Below are positions 62,260-64,000 of a stretch of 64,000 nucleotides of DNA, one piece after another (position 1 is the stretch's first letter; each line of letters opens with the position of its first letter). This DNA comes from an uncultured delta proteobacterium. GTDB taxonomy: Bacteria > Myxococcota > Myxococcia > Myxococcales > Myxococcaceae. The position numbers and the translations under genes were made by a program. The stretch lies in the NCBI GenBank assembly GCA_963771175.1, contig CAVYSY010000024.1, positions 1 through 64,000 on the forward strand, in the 5' to 3' direction. The notes beneath the pieces were generated by a model. The model was not told the origin of the DNA. It searched no databases and saw only the letters and a program-made list of their open reading frames with translations.

Positions 62260-63378
62260 TCAAACCTTCTCGTACAACCTGCCAGGATGCTGAATGACGA
62301 GTCCCGACAATTCGAGTTCCACCAGCGCGCTCGTGAGCGCCGCGGGTGAGAGCCGGCTGCCGGCCAGCACCTCATCAAATGACCTGGGAACCCTGTCCAA
62401 CACCTGGTAGGCCCCCCTCGCTTCCACCGAGAGCTCCTCCCACGAGCAGCCCTCTCCTGGCGGCACGGTCCGGTCGGGATGAAGCCCCACCGCCCGCCAG
62501 ACTTCATGAACCGAGAGGCAGGCCCGGGCGTGTCCGTCCCGGATGAGCGTGTTGCACCCGGCCGCCCCCTCGTTCATCACATCACCGGGCAGGGCCAGCA
62601 CTGGCCGCCCCTGCGCTCGTCCCGCCTCCGCCGTGTAGAGGCTGCCCGAGGCCGCCCCCGCGCGGAGGACCAATACCGCGTCCGATGCACCGGCGATGAG
62701 CCGGTTGCGCCGGGGAAATGTCGTCGTGCTCGCCCGGACTCCGGGAGGCAGCTCACTGAAGAACACTCCGCCCCGGGCCAGGAAGTGCGGCAGCAGCTTC
62801 GCCTGGGCGGGATCCAGCTCGTCCAGCGCCGAGCCGAGAAAGGCCCACGTCTCCCCGCCCGCGTCCAACGCCCCCCAGTGGCAGGCGCGATCCACCCCCG
62901 CGGCCGCCCCGGACACCACCCCCACCCCACCCTCCGCCACCTGCCGGGCGAAGGTCCGAGCAAAGGGCAGGAAGCCCTGATCCGGGTGCCGGCTGCCCAC
63001 CATGGCCACCCGGCGCCGCGGCGGCCCCACCTGTCCCCGATAGAAGAGGAGCGGCGGCCCGTCCTGGGTCTCCGCCAGCCGCGCCGGGTACGCCCGCTCG
63101 CCCCGGAAGGCCACGCCCATGGCCACCGCCGCGCAGCGCTCCAGCACACGTTCGGCCAGCAACCCCAGCTCCGATACCTCCGCCAGCTTGCGCCGCACCG
63201 GCGCGGGCAGGGGGGCCTCGCCCACCCACTCCCTCACCGGACAGGCAGCCAGGCGAGCGACATTTCCCCCGGCGTAGGCGCGCAGGCCCTCCAGCGTCCT
63301 CGGACCCAAGCCGGGAACCACCCAGAGAGCCAGGAGCGCCTGCTGCTCCGCCGTGTACCTGTTCGTCGCGTCCGCCAT
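62260..63378 (-). CDS. dprA: DNA-processing protein DprA
   Basis: PPLLFYRG, AMVGSR, VSGAAAGVD, FPRRNRLIAG, SGSLYTA. Upstream of topA. Confidence 0.93.
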   Translation of the reverse strand: MADATNRYTAEQQALLALWVVPGLGPRTLEGLRAYAGGNVARLAACPVREWVGEAPLPAPVRRKLAEVSELGLLAERVLERCAAVAMGVAFRGERAYPARLAETQDGPPLLFYRGQVGPPRRRVAMVGSRHPDQGFLPFARTFARQVAEGGVGVVSGAAAGVDRACHWGALDAGGETWAFLGSALDELDPAQAKLLPHFLARGGVFFSELPPGVRASTTTFPRRNRLIAGASDAVLVLRAGAASGSLYTAEAGRAQGRPVLALPGDVMNEGAAGCNTLIRDGHARACLSVHEVWRAVGLHPDRTVPPGEGCSWEELSVEARGAYQVLDRVPRSFDEVLAGSRLSPAALTSALVELELSGLVIQHPGRLYEKV

Positions 63379-63558
63379 ACCCGACCCCCTCCTGGGCCCA
63401 CCTATATAGAAGATGGGTCCGACGGAGAGGGGCGGGACACATAAACACCGGACTGGCGGTGGTCAAGCGGCACGTCCCCTGCAATAGGGGTCAACCGAGC
63501 CGCTCCCAGGGGTTCCATCCCCCTTGCGGCCGGCCTTCCGGTCCCGCGTTCGGGTGCG

Positions 63559-63999
63559 TCAACGCTGGGCGGAGGGCTGCTGGTTCACCCGCATCACCGC
63601 CCGGTCCCCGGGGCCAATCTCCTGCAGGGACTGGACGAGGACGCAGTTGGAGGTGCGGTCCTTCACCTCGGTGACCATGCAGATGCCGATGTTCTCCGTG
63701 GGCAGCGGCGCCTTGGTCTTGCCCTTCGACGGCTCCAGCTTGAGCACCTCCTGGCGGGCGGGGTCGCCCTGGCGCGTGATGGTGAAGGTGTTGCCCACCT
63801 GGACGCCGTCGCTGCTGCCCTTGTCGATCACCAGGAACTGGTGCTCGGCGCTCATGGTGAGGTACGGCACGAGCGCGGTGACGACGAAGCCCTGGAGCTC
63901 CTTCTCGTTGCGCCGGGCCACCACCTGCTCCACCAGCTTCTCGCCGTAGGGGCCCACCAGGTCCCCGCGGGAGATGGCATCCCACGTGTCGGAGATCTG
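63559..63999 (-). CDS. C-terminal part of a probable LysM-domain protein (5' truncated by the window edge)
   Basis: Frame is open to the window end. VIDKGSSDGVQVGN motif and the position upstream of dprA are typical of such proteins. Confidence 0.55.
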   Translation of the reverse strand, partial: QISDTWDAISRGDLVGPYGEKLVEQVVARRNEKELQGFVVTALVPYLTMSAEHQFLVIDKGSSDGVQVGNTFTITRQGDPARQEVLKLEPSKGKTKAPLPTENIGICMVTEVKDRTSNCVLVQSLQEIGPGDRAVMRVNQQPSAQR

Positions 64000-64000
64000 C

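Noticed and set aside
60128..62293. Long antisense ORFs (also 10202..12307, 22820..24961, 40365..42986, 16875..18626)
   Set aside because: These are shadow ORFs caused by high-GC codon bias opposite recognisable genes.

Overview
High-GC bacterial DNA, almost certainly a myxobacterium (Archangium/Cystobacter-like), judging by gene content: an aglU-type lipoprotein next to trmFO, a SitA-like lipoprotein toxin, a DUF6178-like protein and a motA/exbD/exbD triad. The right third (~38-64 kb) is conserved housekeeping: engB, coaE, argD, hslUV, xerC, trmFO, dksA-like, topA, dprA. The left and middle are accessory. They hold a lipoprotein nuclease-toxin/Imm26 pair, a leaderless M4 protease with an internal P domain, a complete urate-to-glyoxylate catabolic cluster (puuD-allB-alc/uraD-uraH-allA, facing aceB), a foreign sugar-aminotransferase fragment between direct repeats, a tandemly duplicated two-gene unit encoding a magainin-like cationic Gly-rich protein, and an ercA/ercS-like pair. 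The best candidate for an undescribed system is a minus-strand RiPP operon at ~20.3-27.3 kb: stand-alone PqqD/RRE, 30-aa Cys-x-Cys precursor followed by a terminator-like hairpin, stand-alone Lon-like Ser-Lys protease, MFS transporter, DUF5916-type outer-membrane protein, SAM methyltransferase, DUF692 (MNIO) enzyme and its partner. Many single-base frameshifts in housekeeping genes point to sequencing indel errors rather than real pseudogenes. All family calls come from motif recognition by eye; no searches were run.
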